From Eledone cirrhosa (lineage: Eukaryota): 64,000 bases of DNA. Each line of letters begins with the position of its first letter. Within the stretch, counting starts at the first letter, position 1. The notes under the pieces were generated by a model. It saw nothing but the letters and a program-made list of their open reading frames with translations, had not been told where the DNA came from and made no database searches. The position numbers and the translations under genes are program-made. The DNA is taken from contig OZ024740.1 of the NCBI GenBank assembly GCA_964016885.1, positions 284,146,001-284,210,000 on the forward strand, in the 5' to 3' direction. Positions 27,063-40,339 of the stretch are shown here, piece after piece.

Positions 27063-27559
27063 TTAAACATTTAAACTAAAATAACCAAATGTGGGTCGCG
27101 TTATATGTTCTATTTTAGTGTATATCATGCCAACCAACCCAGAAATGATTTCAGATTTGGCACTTTAATTAGAAAAACAAAATCAATAATATTCTTAAAT
27201 AACCAACTAATGGTATATATAAAACGAAGAGCAGTGATGTCAGCGAACCATATAGATTCTATTGAAATACCTGCCACGGTCGTCTTTATTTTTCTTAATT
27301 CCAAGGTCGTGAAAATATAAACAGATTAATTCAATCGACCATATCTATTTCTTACAAAAGCTGACCTAATCAACATTAATCATGACACATAATTCTAAAT
27401 CAGGACACATAATTCTATGAATGGGACCACCTAATTGTAAATATGTCTCGAGTAGATAGAGTTAACTGCTGTAAACAGTACGATTGACAAGTGTGTTGTG
27501 TGTATACGCATGTGCTTGCCGTGATTGAAACCTGATAAAACGTTATGAGAGGGGAAGGA

Positions 27560-27825
27560 GGGCATTCTGACACGGTGATTTGTCCAAGATACGGACGAAA
27601 ATCTCCAGTAGTGCTTTACAATCAGGTGAGTAATGGAACAGACACATGTCAAACCAGCAATTTCACATTCAGCCTTTGTTCAGGTAGCGGCTCGTTTGGC
27701 CACCTCTTTCGCCTTCCTTTTGCTGTATGTGGTCCTAGATGTGTGTATTACACGCTTATGAGGTTTTTTATTTCTTTCTTTTTTTTCTCTTTCCCTTTCC
27801 TTTGTATATTTTTCGTTCTGTAAGC
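27560..27825 (+). mobile_element. CRE-like LINE 3' end (degenerate)
   Basis: 3' UTR similar to 60514-60610 (CCTAGATGTGTGTATTAC). Confidence 0.45.
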
Positions 27826-28224
27826 ATTATATTATATTTTTTTATAGAACTGTGAATTAGTTTGATATGTTGTGAATATTTTAAGTAAATGGTTATTAAA
27901 AAATTGCGATATTTGTTTTGAAAATTACATACCCCCCACACACACACCTATGCACAAGAGTATAACAATGCTAGGGAAATAATTTATCTTAAGGCCACTT
28001 AATGTAAATATATTCTGTATGCCCTGTAAACAATAATTTACTTCAATTGAAAACTCTAATACTTGTATTTATGTGAAATATAGGAATTTGACAAACGTTC
28101 GTTCAAAATGAAATCATTTTTACTTGACTCTCAGATACGACAGGGTGTGTAGTTACACACATATATATATATAATATCCAGGTGTTATGTGTGTGTGTGT
28201 GTGTGTGTGTATCTATGTGTGTGC

Positions 28225-28266
<42 letters not shown>

Positions 28267-28370
28267 ACATATATATGTATGTATGTATACATAAGATGTT
28301 ATTAATTAATTTCCAATTTCGCAATCGAAACGGTTTAAATTTAACCGTGAGGCATAAATATATATATATG

Positions 28371-28541
28371 CAGTGAAATTCCGTTATAACGAAATTCACA
28401 GGGTATAAAAAAATTTATAACGAAAAATTCTTTATTACAAGATCGATCGAACACATCGAGAGTGTGACTGAGGATTGAAAGCAATTTCGTTATACTAAAA
28501 AATTCGTTATAATGCTATTCGTTATAACGAAATTTTACTTG
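28371..28541. mobile_element. Tc1/pogo-like MITE
   Basis: TIR CAGTGAAATTCCGTTATAACGAA / TTCGTTATAACGAAATTTTACT, in a TA-rich site. Confidence 0.7.
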
Positions 28542-28617
28542 TATATACATATATATATATATATTCATTTATATATATATATATATATTCATTTATATAT
28601 ATATATATATATTCATT

Positions 28618-28697
<80 letters not shown>

Positions 28698-29529
28698 TAT
28701 GCGTGTGAGTGAATGCGCGCGTGAAGGAATGTGCGTAAATTAAACTTACCGCGCTGTCCAATTTGTGTAAATTCTCAAAGAAAGGAAACCACAAATCAAA
28801 GACACCTGAGTATAATCTCATGCCAACTAGGATGATAAACTCGAATAGGTCCTATATAGTAAGATAGCTTAACCTTTGGATCGATCTTTCAACTCGTGTA
28901 GAGAAAAGAGAAACCCCGTGTGTGGTTCTGTGTGTATGTGTTGTCACTGATCCAGAGCGGAACTCAGTCTATTTTGATTTCTATAATTTTTACTTTTTGT
29001 TAGGTTGAAAGTGTATTTTATTGACAAGTGAGTCAATGTGTGTACACACACACACAGAGAGACACACACAGAGAGACACACGCCCACAGAGACACATGCA
29101 CACACAGACAATCAATAATACACAAGCATATTCAAATTATGTACTTTTATGTATGTATTATATTATATGTATATATTATTTGTATATACAGACACTTCTA
29201 TATAAATGTTAAAATTGTGTGAACATGTTTACACATGTTTGTGTGAACATCCAAATTACCAAAACACACATCTATTTGTATATGCGCTACAATTTATGTG
29301 CATGTTATGTTTATCGCATAACGAAGTTTTTTTTATATATCTTGATATTTGATAATAATAACTAAACTAATCACTACAAATAAATTGACCAAATTTCCCC
29401 CCACCCCCACCTTTAGAAATGCTTCCACCGCTCCTGATACATACATACATACCTGTTTTCACACACACATACATACCTGCTTTCACAGACACACACACAT
29501 ACTTACATACACACATACATATATACATA

Positions 29530-29945
29530 CTGATATTGTAGTTTGGGACCACACATTGAAAACGTGTTCTGTTGTGGAGATCAGCTGCCCACTTGATGTA
29601 AACGTTGTCAGAAAAATACAGGAGAAGGAGGACATCTACGGACCATTGATGAGGAGTTTACAAATCCAGTATCCAAGATACACCTTTAGCTTCATACCCA
29701 TCATTATTGGTGCTACGGGTTATATACCAACCCGCTTGGACCAAAGTATGACTGAACTTGGATTTGCGGACAAAAAGCGCAGCTCCCTAATTCATAGTCT
29801 ACAAATGGCTGCGATAGCTGGCACCTTCAAAATTTGCAAAACATTCTTGCGATTCAAGGGATGACAATTTCTTTTCTTTTACAACCTTGCCACCAGGAAG
29901 GTGGCCGGTCAAAAAAATATACTCGAAATTAAGAGAAAGAGAAAA
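29530..29945 (+). mobile_element. R4/Dong-like LINE 3' fragment (restriction-like endonuclease)
   Basis: DIVVWD...VVEISCPLD.N...K..EK...Y...PIIIGATG, a PD-(D/E)xK RLE motif. Confidence 0.75.
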
Positions 29946-31024
29946 CATGGATGTATTTCCAAACCTAGAAGCATGGCCTAGAGTGAAAAGGTCTTAAAGT
30001 TAATTTGTCAAAGTATGTAGAAAGGAAAACAAGGCCCAGAGTCCCTCAGGGAAATGGCCTTGTTCAGTGTGCAGAAAAGGACTAGACAGAAATTCTATCC
30101 TACGCCTCAAATACAAGCTATGGGTACATAAAATATGTAGTGGGATTACAGGCAGGCTATCAAAGAACGTAAGTTTTATATGCGGCCGTTGCATAAGTGC
30201 AGTAAGTAGCAAGAGCCCACAGAGTACTAGCTCTTTCAAATGCCCAGAGGGCTCTATAGAAATAGTTAACAGTTTCTGTTACTCGGGTGACCAAATTAAC
30301 AGTGGATGAGGGTGTTCCGAAAGTACAGTAACCAGACGAAGAAGGTTCAGGGAGTTACTACTGCTGCTAGCTACAAAAGGTTTTTCTCTCAAAATGACGG
30401 GCAGATTGTATGATGCATGTATAAGAACAACAATGTTACATGGTAGTGAGTCATGGGCGCTGTGTGCAAAGGACCTGCGAAGATTGGAAAGAAACAAAAC
30501 CTGTATGCTCGTCTCAAGTGCGATAAGACGGAGTCGAGATCTTTGGCATTATGCAGTAATACAGAGGACTCGCCTTCTCATGAGCACGGGTTGAAGCATG
30601 CATCTACTATGCACCACTTAACCCATATCCTACCCACCCCCTTCCATATACATCCCACGCCCTAACACTCCACTCACATTCTAATCACTCCACCCCTGCC
30701 AGTCTTCAGTCCACACCGTAGAGTGATCGCTTTGGTGCCACGACAAAAAACGCCCTGCCCACACTGTAAAATGCTCGTTACAGTGGCACGATAATAGGCA
30801 CCCAGCCCACACTGTAAAGTGCTCGTGTAGGTGTCAAGACAAAAAGTAACCAGCACATACTGTAAATGTGGTTGGCATTAAGAGGAACATCCAGCCGTAG
30901 AAACCAGGCCAGAAACAGTTCTGTATGAGCAAGACAGTCACCTGATCTGACTTGTCTCAAATGGGACGATCCGTCTAACCAATGCTAGTTTGGAAAATAA
31001 ACGTTAAACAATGGTGATGATGAT
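29946..31024 (+). mobile_element. RTE-clade LINE fragment with Cys/His (PHD-like) insert
   Basis: GKWPCSVCRKG...WVHKICSG...FICGRC then IEIVNSFCY; 3' UTR with (TGA)n. Confidence 0.85.
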
Positions 31025-32056
31025 AAAAAAAAAAATTCTTAGCGATCCAAACAGGTACATTTCTATAAATTTAAAAGGCTGAGGGGTGCTTAACCTGTAT
31101 ATCTGTCCACAAAACAAACCCGGTTGTCGACTTAATGTGAAACACTTTCTTCCAGCGCGTGTATAAACACGCAAATATTTGCCCTAAAATTGATTATGTA
31201 TGAAATGTCTAAATTACAACAGCCCTGTCTATGCCTATGACACACATGGATAGATATAGATATATATAAATGCCTAATTCACCTCCTTTCGCCCCTAAAT
31301 ATTACTTCCAATACATTCTTGAAGCATGATGCATTACACACCTATTCATAGTTGGAAGTGTGTCAATCTTCGCTGCTCTATATTTATTTCCGGAAATGCT
31401 TGTCCCCCTCCTCACAGCGTGTGTGCACCCCACCTCCCCGATAAATGCTATGACGTACGACCCTTCACAAAATGTTTCACTATTTCGCGGCCGATTTCAG
31501 TAACGTATGAATGGATTTATAATTGCTTATTCACTTCTATGTGTATTTGTGTGAGCGAGTAAACACATACATATGTATGTCATAGATATCGAATTGCACG
31601 CACAAATGCATTTATGTTCATGCAAGAACGCATTAATGTTTTCTGTGAATACATGCACTACACACGATCACTGACTCACAATCTGTTTATATGAAGTTTG
31701 CAACACGTGTGTAGAAACACACACACACACAGAGACGCAACGCCTGAATCAATGAAGCAGCCACTAAGAGGTCACTACAGCTGCTAGAAGTAACAGTCAA
31801 ATGCCACTCAAATTACACTATCATTTCCCAAAAGCTGAATGTAGTCCATAATAGACTATATTCTGAAAACAGATGGGATAGTCGCGACTGTAGAGCCGCT
31901 AATCATAAGTATGCTTAGTCAGTGTCCGAACGTTGAATGTATATAAATATATGTATATGTATGTGTGTGTATATATATATATGTGCGTGTGTGTATGTGT
32001 ATACATATATATGAGTACATATGTTTCTCTAATATGCATTAGTATATATATATATA

Positions 32057-32275
32057 CGTTATTCAGGGTTGAATCGGAGGTAACCACAGTAAGTAAGGTA
32101 CTCAATACATTGCAGAGTATAAAAGTTTTAATATAGATGAGATTCTACAGGACTAGAACTGTTTCATTCTTTAGAAATCATCAGGAATCTCATGATGATT
32201 CCTGATGATTTCTAAAGAATGAAACAGTTCTATAATCTCATCTATATTATGTAGAATCTCATCTATATTAAAACT
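32057..32275. mobile_element. Mini pLTR hairpin with two head-to-head hammerheads
   Basis: Inverted arms 32124-32189 / 32197-32275, flanked by (TA)n. Confidence 0.75.
32141..32189 (-). ncRNA. Type I hammerhead ribozyme
   Basis: Minus strand: gattc-CTGATGA-t-ttc(taaa)gaa-t-GAAA-cag(ttctagtc)ctg-TA-gaatc; all three stems pair. Confidence 0.8.
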
Positions 32276-32516
32276 ATATATATATATATATAAATTTTAG
32301 TACAGCATTGACGAAGCTTTAGTATACGGCCAATCTAGCGTATATGCATAATCGGTCTGTAGCTTTAGCACTCGGATGAGGTAAGACCCCAGAGTAATAA
32401 CATTACGTTCAGACAGCTTAGCAAATCAGATATAGCGGTCGGCAGTCCAGCCGCATTACCAGAGCAACGAAAATACAGGACCCAGGAAAAGATTTTATAT
32501 ATATATATATATATAT

Positions 32517-32962
32517 ATACGATATTAACAAATGGAAACTATATTTATAAAACTATATTTATTTCATTATACATATTTCAAAGACACCAAGTTAAATTAT
32601 GGTGTGCTTTCATCAGATAAAATATAATATAGAGCAGTTTTATAAATAAATATTGACATACCCTAAAGAATGCGACCGTTACTGTTGTAAGCTTTCCGGG
32701 AGCTTCCAACAGTAATGGTTGCATTCTTTAAGGGTATGTCAATATTTATTTATAAAACTGCTCTATATTATATTTTATCTGATGAAAGCACACCATAATT
32801 TAACTTGGTGTCCTTGAAATATGTATAATGAAATAAATATGGTTTTATAAATATAGTTTCCATTTGTTAATATCGTATTTTTACTCCAATTATTTGTTGA
32901 GTGCTTTATACCAGTTATAAAAATATTTGCTTGTTGTATCCCAACAATTTAAATAGAACTTT

Positions 32963-32965
<3 letters not shown>
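32517..32965. mobile_element. pLTR-only inverted duplication
   Basis: About 175 bp arms centred near 32697; same family as 34868-35234 and 36907-37190; CTGATGA..GAAA in each arm. Confidence 0.85.
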
Positions 32966-33015
<50 letters not shown>

Positions 33016-34633
33016 GAAAGGTATAGATATACATATATATATATATATATAGGAGGTGAGTTTTATTGTAGTACAATAAAGCAATGCAGATATCGGATAA
33101 GAAGCACTCTACAGTTTGTAGGACTGGAGTATACATAATATATAAGATCAAAAGATGGTTAGCGTGAGATTGACGGAGAGAAATAGAGAGTAAGTGAAAG
33201 AGACGAAGAGAGATGAATGTACAAATCAACGTACCATCTAGCGAAAAAAAAAATCCCTCCTAGGCGTCAGTCTAATCAATACACGTATACGCCAATAGAT
33301 GTACGCAGTGTCTGTGAATGGATCCATCTGTTTAATTGTATGAACGTATTACATATATGTAACACATTTCCTATAGATCTCTCTAGAGTCCCGGAACTTA
33401 TTGATTAGACTTGTACCGCTCCCCCCCCCCCCCTCGTCCTCATTGATTGTCTATTTCGAATTAGTACACTCGGAACAGACGAACAGTTAAAGAATAGCCC
33501 AAAATAGAGGGGAAATGTAGGTCATAATAAAGCATTGCTGTTGCTGTTGTTCTTTAGGACCAACTCCGTCCGATCGAGCAGAAATATGACGAAAGTCATT
33601 CCAGCCATGACTCTCCCATGTGTGTGTGTGTGTGCGATGGTGTGTGTACATATTCAGGCTTAGAGTACAGGGTAGTCCGAAAGTCCCCTTGTCACATATT
33701 GTTTTAACTTTTAATAATATAATATTTAATAATAATTGTTTCTACTTTTGGCACAAGGCCAGCAATTACCCAGTACAGGGGGGGGGGGGGGGGGCTTTAT
33801 GCAGTAAGGTGGCGTTATGCAATAAGGGGGCGTTATGCAGTAAGGGGGCGTTTGAAACTTTGAGGGCGCTAGAAGCCCCTTTAGTTTGGTAAGTTTTATA
33901 AGTCATATTTGTACGTCTCTTAGACATATAAATTAAGGAAGCTTGTCAACGAATTCCCTAGGGAGATAAAAGAAAATCAAAAGAAATCAAAGAAAATGAA
34001 AGTAAAGACTACTTCAACAGAAATGACAAGAAGAAGCAATGGTGGTGAACATACACACACATACATACATACATACATACATACACACACACATATATAT
34101 ACACACACACAGGCCGGCGTTAGTGTTTGATGAAGTTGAGGACCTGGTCAGCTTTCAGCCAGAAGTGTGGTATTTAATCTCCCTAGGTAATAAAATCTGG
34201 CGACCAAAAATGTTCTCCTTACCCCAAAAAGAAGACATAGATCATATCAACATCTTGACACACTTAAATATAAATGCATGTATATATACAAATGTATAAA
34301 TGCATAGCTATATACATACGTAAATGTATGTATATATGTATATTTATATATATATATGGAATAGAATGAAACGAAATTTCATTTCTCACTCTTAAACGGC
34401 ACTTACTTAAATGTAAGTATGTATGTATACGTCCATACATATATCTATACAGACGTACAGTAGCATGTATATATATATACATACATGCACACATATATAT
34501 ATGCACGTATCAGTTTACCGAACATTTATTATAATGCTCGGTTTGTTCGTTTGTAAACAAACAAACAGCCTGAATTACGCCGTACAGTGTTTAGGCAACC
34601 ACGTCACCTTTTTGTTCAACACTGACACAGGAA

Positions 34634-34674
34634 CGATGTACTAGTTTCAAGCTTATTAGCTATCGTCAGCACCG
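34634..34674 (-). ncRNA. Minimal hammerhead ribozyme
   Basis: Minus strand: cggtg-CTGACGA-t-agct(aata)agct-t-GAAA-ctag-TA-catcg; palindromic stem III. Confidence 0.78.
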
Positions 34675-34867
34675 TATACCTTTCTGCCAGATGGTTGAAC
34701 GTCCGAAAGTATATATTTTCCTTATGAAAATTAGACACACGGTTTACTGTGTTTCTTACTGCATATATATTATTATACAGCTCAGTATTTTATACTTGGA
34801 GCTTAATAGTTACAGGGTTTCAATTGAAGTTTTAACTCTAATTTTCATATATATATATATATATATG

Positions 34868-37190
34868 CAAAAGTTTTATTTAAAATTGTTGGGATACAAC
34901 AAGTAAATATTTTATAACTGATATAAAGCACTCGACAAGTTTTTGGAGTAGATATACGATATTAAATAAATGGAAACTATATTTATAAAACCATATTTAT
35001 TTCATTATACATATTTCAGGGATACCAAATTAAAATATGGTATGCCATCATCAGACAAAATACAATATATAAACAGTTTTATAAATAATTTTGACGTACC
35101 CTATTAGAAGCGACCATTACTTTTGGAAGCTGTCTGGATAGTGATATGTTTATAATTATTTTATTAGTTGTAGTGTTAAGCACAGTTAGAAAAAAGACGG
35201 AGAGAAAAAGAGATAAGGAAGGAGAGAGAGAAAAACCTAACCAAAATACCAATAATAACCCAAACAATACTCAATTAAATAACTGTAACTGTAGAAATAA
35301 ATCTAACTGTCCGTTAAATAACAACTGCTTAGCTAAAAATGTAGTGTACAATTGTAATGTTAAAACTAATTTAAATTCTTTTAACTATGTTGGTTCCACC
35401 TCGACAGAATTTAAACTTCGCTTCAATAATCATAAAAATTATTTCACAGATCCAAACAAAAAATCCTCAACTTCGCTATCTAGCCTACTCTGGCACCTTA
35501 AACGAGATAATGTTAAATATTCGATGATTTGGAATATTGTCTCAAAAGGGATTCCTTTTAATTCCTCATCAGAGAATTGTGATCTTTGTGTAGAGGAAAT
35601 ATTCTTTATATTAAAGTCCAAAAATTCCCTTAATTTAAGGAGCAATTTATTCAGTTGCTGCAGACATAGATTGAACTCAACGTTTAAATATAAATATAAA
35701 TTTAAAATGTAGTATAATTAATTAAGAAATTTAGTTAATATATGAAACCTGATGATAAATCATTAGATTCCTTCACCTTTTTCTTTTTAAACTTTCTTCC
35801 TAAATATAAACAAGGATATAATAAACTACTCTAAAATGTATATGCTCCCAATGTATTAAATAAAATTTACGTAAGATAAATTCCTATACTAAATATAAGG
35901 TCATCCGTAAAATCACTGGGTCTTCTAAATCTTTTAAATTATTTTTGTTTTTTTATTTGTTTTTTTACCCTGATAGCTTCTAATAACTTTCATATGTCTA
36001 CCCTTGCAATATCTTGTTTGAGATATAGGTAGGATAGATTTCTATAATAAATATATAAAACATTGTTTTTAACTTGAGATACTCTATAGTGTGTTAAAGA
36101 TATTTTAATGCTTTGATATTTCTGTATTAATATATTGATATTTGATTATCTCTATACAAAGGCCATTTGTGTGTATTAACATGCATATAAAAGGTTTATA
36201 GAGTTTATTTATGTGTTCGAATATATGCATAACGATGCTGGAAAACTCACGCAGATGTTTATTTATACATATATTTGTGTATGTATGGTTGTGTGTGTAT
36301 ATGTTGATGTGTGGTGCAGATATGCATAATACATGAACGGTAATCATATATGTGAGGACAGGAATATTAATCGTATTTTTATGTATAGATACTGTGAAAT
36401 TTTTATAACACAATGAAATGTATAGAAGTGATCAAGTGAAATCATTTGTATGTCTATATTATTGACTGGAGTAGACATAATTTTCTCTTTTTTCAGAACG
36501 TACATATATATATACATATGTGTATCCGTATTTTTATAAATAGGTTTTTTTTTAAGGTTTTAACTCAGATTTTGGTATATTGACCTCAAGGTTTTAAACT
36601 AAACATATGGTCATTATTGAACAATATTATTTTCTCATATTATATATCTATGTCTCATTCATGAATATTGATATTTACATTTTTATTATTCATTTCATAT
36701 AAATTGTTAATTTAACTTAATATGACATGACGTAAAGTATCCTCCCCTCTCTATATAGTACTTCCTCTCTCTTGAGTTTCTCTATCTGTATGATGAATTA
36801 TTATCTCTCTGTTGCTTCCTTTGTATTTCTTATTTCTTTCTTGTTTCTTTCTTTTTCATTTCCTCCTATCTATTTTTATATATATCTTCCTTTTCTCTCT
36901 TTCCTTCTTTTCTCTCTCTCCTTCCTTATCTCTTTTTCTCTCCGTCTTTTTTCTAACTGTGCTTAACACTACAACTAATAAAATAATTATAAACATATCA
37001 CTATCCAGACAGCTTCCAAAAGTAATGGTCGCTTCTAATAGGGTACGTCAAAATTATTTATAAAACTGTTTATATATTGTATTTTGTCTGATGATGGCAT
37101 ACCATATTTTAATTTGGTATCCCTGAAATATGTATAATGAAATAAATATGGTTTTATAAATATAGTTTCCATTTATTTAATATCGTATAT
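34868..37190 (+). mobile_element. PLE 3' fragment (GIY-YIG) with inverted 5' pLTR
   Basis: Apparently identical inverted arms 34952-35234 / 36907-37190 around a GIY-YIG ORF; hammerhead-like motif at 37088-37134. Confidence 0.88.
35235..35712 (+). CDS. GIY-YIG endonuclease domain of a PLE (5'-truncated)
   Basis: CNCRNKSNCPLNNNC, NVVYNC, YVGST, FKLRFNNHK, CDLCVEE; paralog of 4666-5157. Confidence 0.82.
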
Positions 37191-37291
37191 ATATATATAT
37201 AAATCTACATACATACATACATATATACATACATTTACGTATATATAAATATATATAAATCTAGATACATACATATATACATACATTTACG

Positions 37292-37351
<60 letters not shown>

Positions 37352-37467
37352 AATCTACATACATACGTACATAAATATACATACATACATAAATATACAT
37401 ACATACATACATACATACATACATACATACATAAATATACATACATACATATATATATATATAATTC

Positions 37468-37523
<56 letters not shown>

Positions 37524-37766
37524 TATACATACATACATATATATATATATCTACATACTTATATATATATATAAATATACATACATACATACATACATAC
37601 ATATGCATATATATATAGAGAATTCATATAACTGCTCTGTAGAACAACTGATGTTATCTTACTGGTAATAAGGTAGTAATAAATTACTGACCTTCACTGT
37701 TTAGGGTTTAAAATATACATAACTATAAATAGTATCCTTAATACTATATATATATATATATAAATC

Positions 37767-37812
<46 letters not shown>

Positions 37813-38055
37813 CATACATACATATATATATATATATACATATAAATATACATACATACACATATATATATATATATATAAATATACATACATACATATA
37901 TATATAAATATACATAATACATATATATATAAATATACATAATACATATATATATAAATATACATATATATATATATATAAATATACATTTATATATATA
38001 TAAATATACATATATATATATATATAAATATACATTTATATATATATATAAATAT

Positions 38056-38099
<44 letters not shown>

Positions 38100-38312
38100 A
38101 TGTATGTATGTATGTATATTTATATATGTATGTATGTATATTTATATATATATGTATATTTATATATATATATGTATGTATATTTATATATATATGTATG
38201 TATATTTATATATATATGTATGTATATTTATATATATATGTATGTATATTTATATATATATGTACGTATATTTATATATATATATATATATGTATGTAGA
38301 TTTATATATATA
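37191..38312. repeat. AT-rich minisatellite/microsatellite (aaatctacatacatac, aaatatacat)
   Basis: Direct; continues at 41290-41715 beyond the Helitron. Confidence 0.9.
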
Positions 38313-38628
38313 CTAGCAGTTTAGCCCGGCGTTGCTCGGGTTTGTTCATTTGCTATGAAAAGTTACATACAGGTAAACGTGGTTTGAAAGCGAATAAGCT
38401 TATCAATTAAGTGCATAAAGCAGTTGAACCGGTTATTAAAAGTTACGAACCAATTAGCATTTTGGTCAATCAATGATGGGTTAATAATCTTCCAATAGCG
38501 AATTTAGTAGACCGGGAATTGTGATCGCTGGAAATTGAACGGGATATCTGACGCCGAGGGGAAAAGGTTCATCCTTGGAATGAAAACATTCTCCCCTCTT
38601 CCGCACCCCGTTACAATGGTGACCTCAA

Positions 38629-39575
38629 TCAAGTGGGTGTCAGTGACTTGACGACCATGCGAGTACCGTTGCACTGCTTTGGTGGACGCAAGTTCCTTAT
38701 TAGCATAATGGGACAGCCAACCCTCAGCTTAATAATGTGAGGTGGGAGCCCTAGGGGCTCAAGGAGATTTAATAACTCAACCGGATAATTAACGATATCG
38801 TCGGGGTCTGATTTGAAGATGTGCTCTTTACCGGGAATCTTCTCAATCAGCTGCTCGTTAATAAAATTAACCATGGTATTTTTCGGAGCAAGGATGGCTC
38901 TTTCGCTGAGCCAATCGAGGTTTTTAAAGTTAGATGAGACATTAGGAAAAACTGCTTCCCAAAGGTCAGAAGGGCTGCTCACAATGTTGCACAGGGTGTC
39001 GATTGCTATGCCGCCCTTGTCATCCGAAGGGATCTTGCCCTCACCAAGTGCTAAAATGTTCTGTGCTGCAGACATGTTGTCACCATGCAAATGAGCACGC
39101 ATATTTGTGCTCAGGTACAAACTATTCACCTGGAGCCACAACATGGACGACTTAAGACAGGCACGCACTTCATCAGCTCTTGTCCATTTGGGGATGACAG
39201 GCAGCGTTTTCCGAAAATCCCCTGATAGCAGAAGGGTTACGCCACCCATAGGAGCGGTAGAATCCCTAATGTCTTTCCGGGCCTTGTCCAATGCCTCAAG
39301 GGCACCCTTGTGTTCCATTGTGCACTCATCCCAAACAATGAGGCAACATATTTTGAGAACCATAGCTTTGTGTGAACTCTTGCTGATATTGCATGTTGGT
39401 GTCTCAGTTTTTACTAAATCCAAAGGTAGTTTAAAGGTTGAATGTGCTGTCCTGCTTCCCGGCAGCAAAGTAGCAGCGATCCCGGACGATGCAACGGACA
39501 ACGCAACTTTTTTCTCCTGACGAATCTTAGCGAGAATCAAATTCGTTACAAAAGTTTTTCCGGTACCCCCAGGAT
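38629..39575 (-). pseudogene. Pif1-family (SF1B) helicase of Helitron RepHel
   Basis: PGGTGKT Walker A, ASSGIAATLL, TAHSTFKLP, VWDE, GDFRKTLPVI, NGTR. Confidence 0.92.
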
Positions 39576-39609
39576 CGTTTTTTATTGGGGGGATCAGGGG
39601 TTTTTTTTT

Positions 39610-40339
39610 TTGACCTTGAGGTATAACCAGTCAGTAGTTCCTTCAAAGGCTCTGGCGGTTCCGTAAGAGGGGGCAAGGTGACCTTACCGTTTAAGCAGCA
39701 CATTGCAGGTGGCTCCCCAGCCCACTTTGTAGCATTGCAGAATTGGCAATTGAAGCGCATCTCGCCTATATTTATGTCAGAGCGCATCGAGTAATTAACG
39801 TTTTGCTCATACTTGAAAGCCCGTAGGTGCCAGTAAGGGCTATTGGGGTTCGTCACACCGCGTGCAGCTTCTCGCCGTCGACTGTTACGCTTGAACGTAG
39901 ACCATTGGTCGTGTGGTTGGTGGGAAGGTCTGGCAGCAATAGCAGAAGCAACATTTGCAATGCTAATGGACCGCCCGTCTGCATCTTCAGAAGCCATGGA
40001 AGTAGTCATAGCCGCAGCGTTCGTAGGAAGGCGAGCCGTCCGTTGTTTTAAACGTTCCAAAGACCTGGAAGCAGCATTAGTCGCATCGTTTCTAGCCAGG
40101 CGCTTCGACCTTTGTTCACGGCTCTCTGAAGCCCTGGAAGAAGCCTGGCATGAAGCCATTTTGGCTAGGCGTGCGGTGCGCTGTTGGAAACTTTCAGCGG
40201 CTCGACATTCTGCTGAACATAAGGCTGTCTGTGAAAGTCTTGAAGCATTTTCCTCAGAGGACACGTTTGCTATAGTAGCCTTTTGCGCCACTGCTGACGC
40301 GGTATGTCGACTGAGGCGACTTCTCTTTTTAGGTGGCAT
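39610..40339 (-). pseudogene. Helitron RepHel N-terminus with zinc motif
   Basis: MPPKKR, Arg/Ala-rich repeats, CQFCNATKWAGEPPAMCCLNGKVTLP. Confidence 0.85.

Noticed and set aside
27085-27350. Promoter of a host gene
   Set aside because: Mild CpG enrichment only; no supportable downstream exon.
32300-32362. Additional hammerhead
   Set aside because: Core degenerate (TTGACGA, no GAAA).
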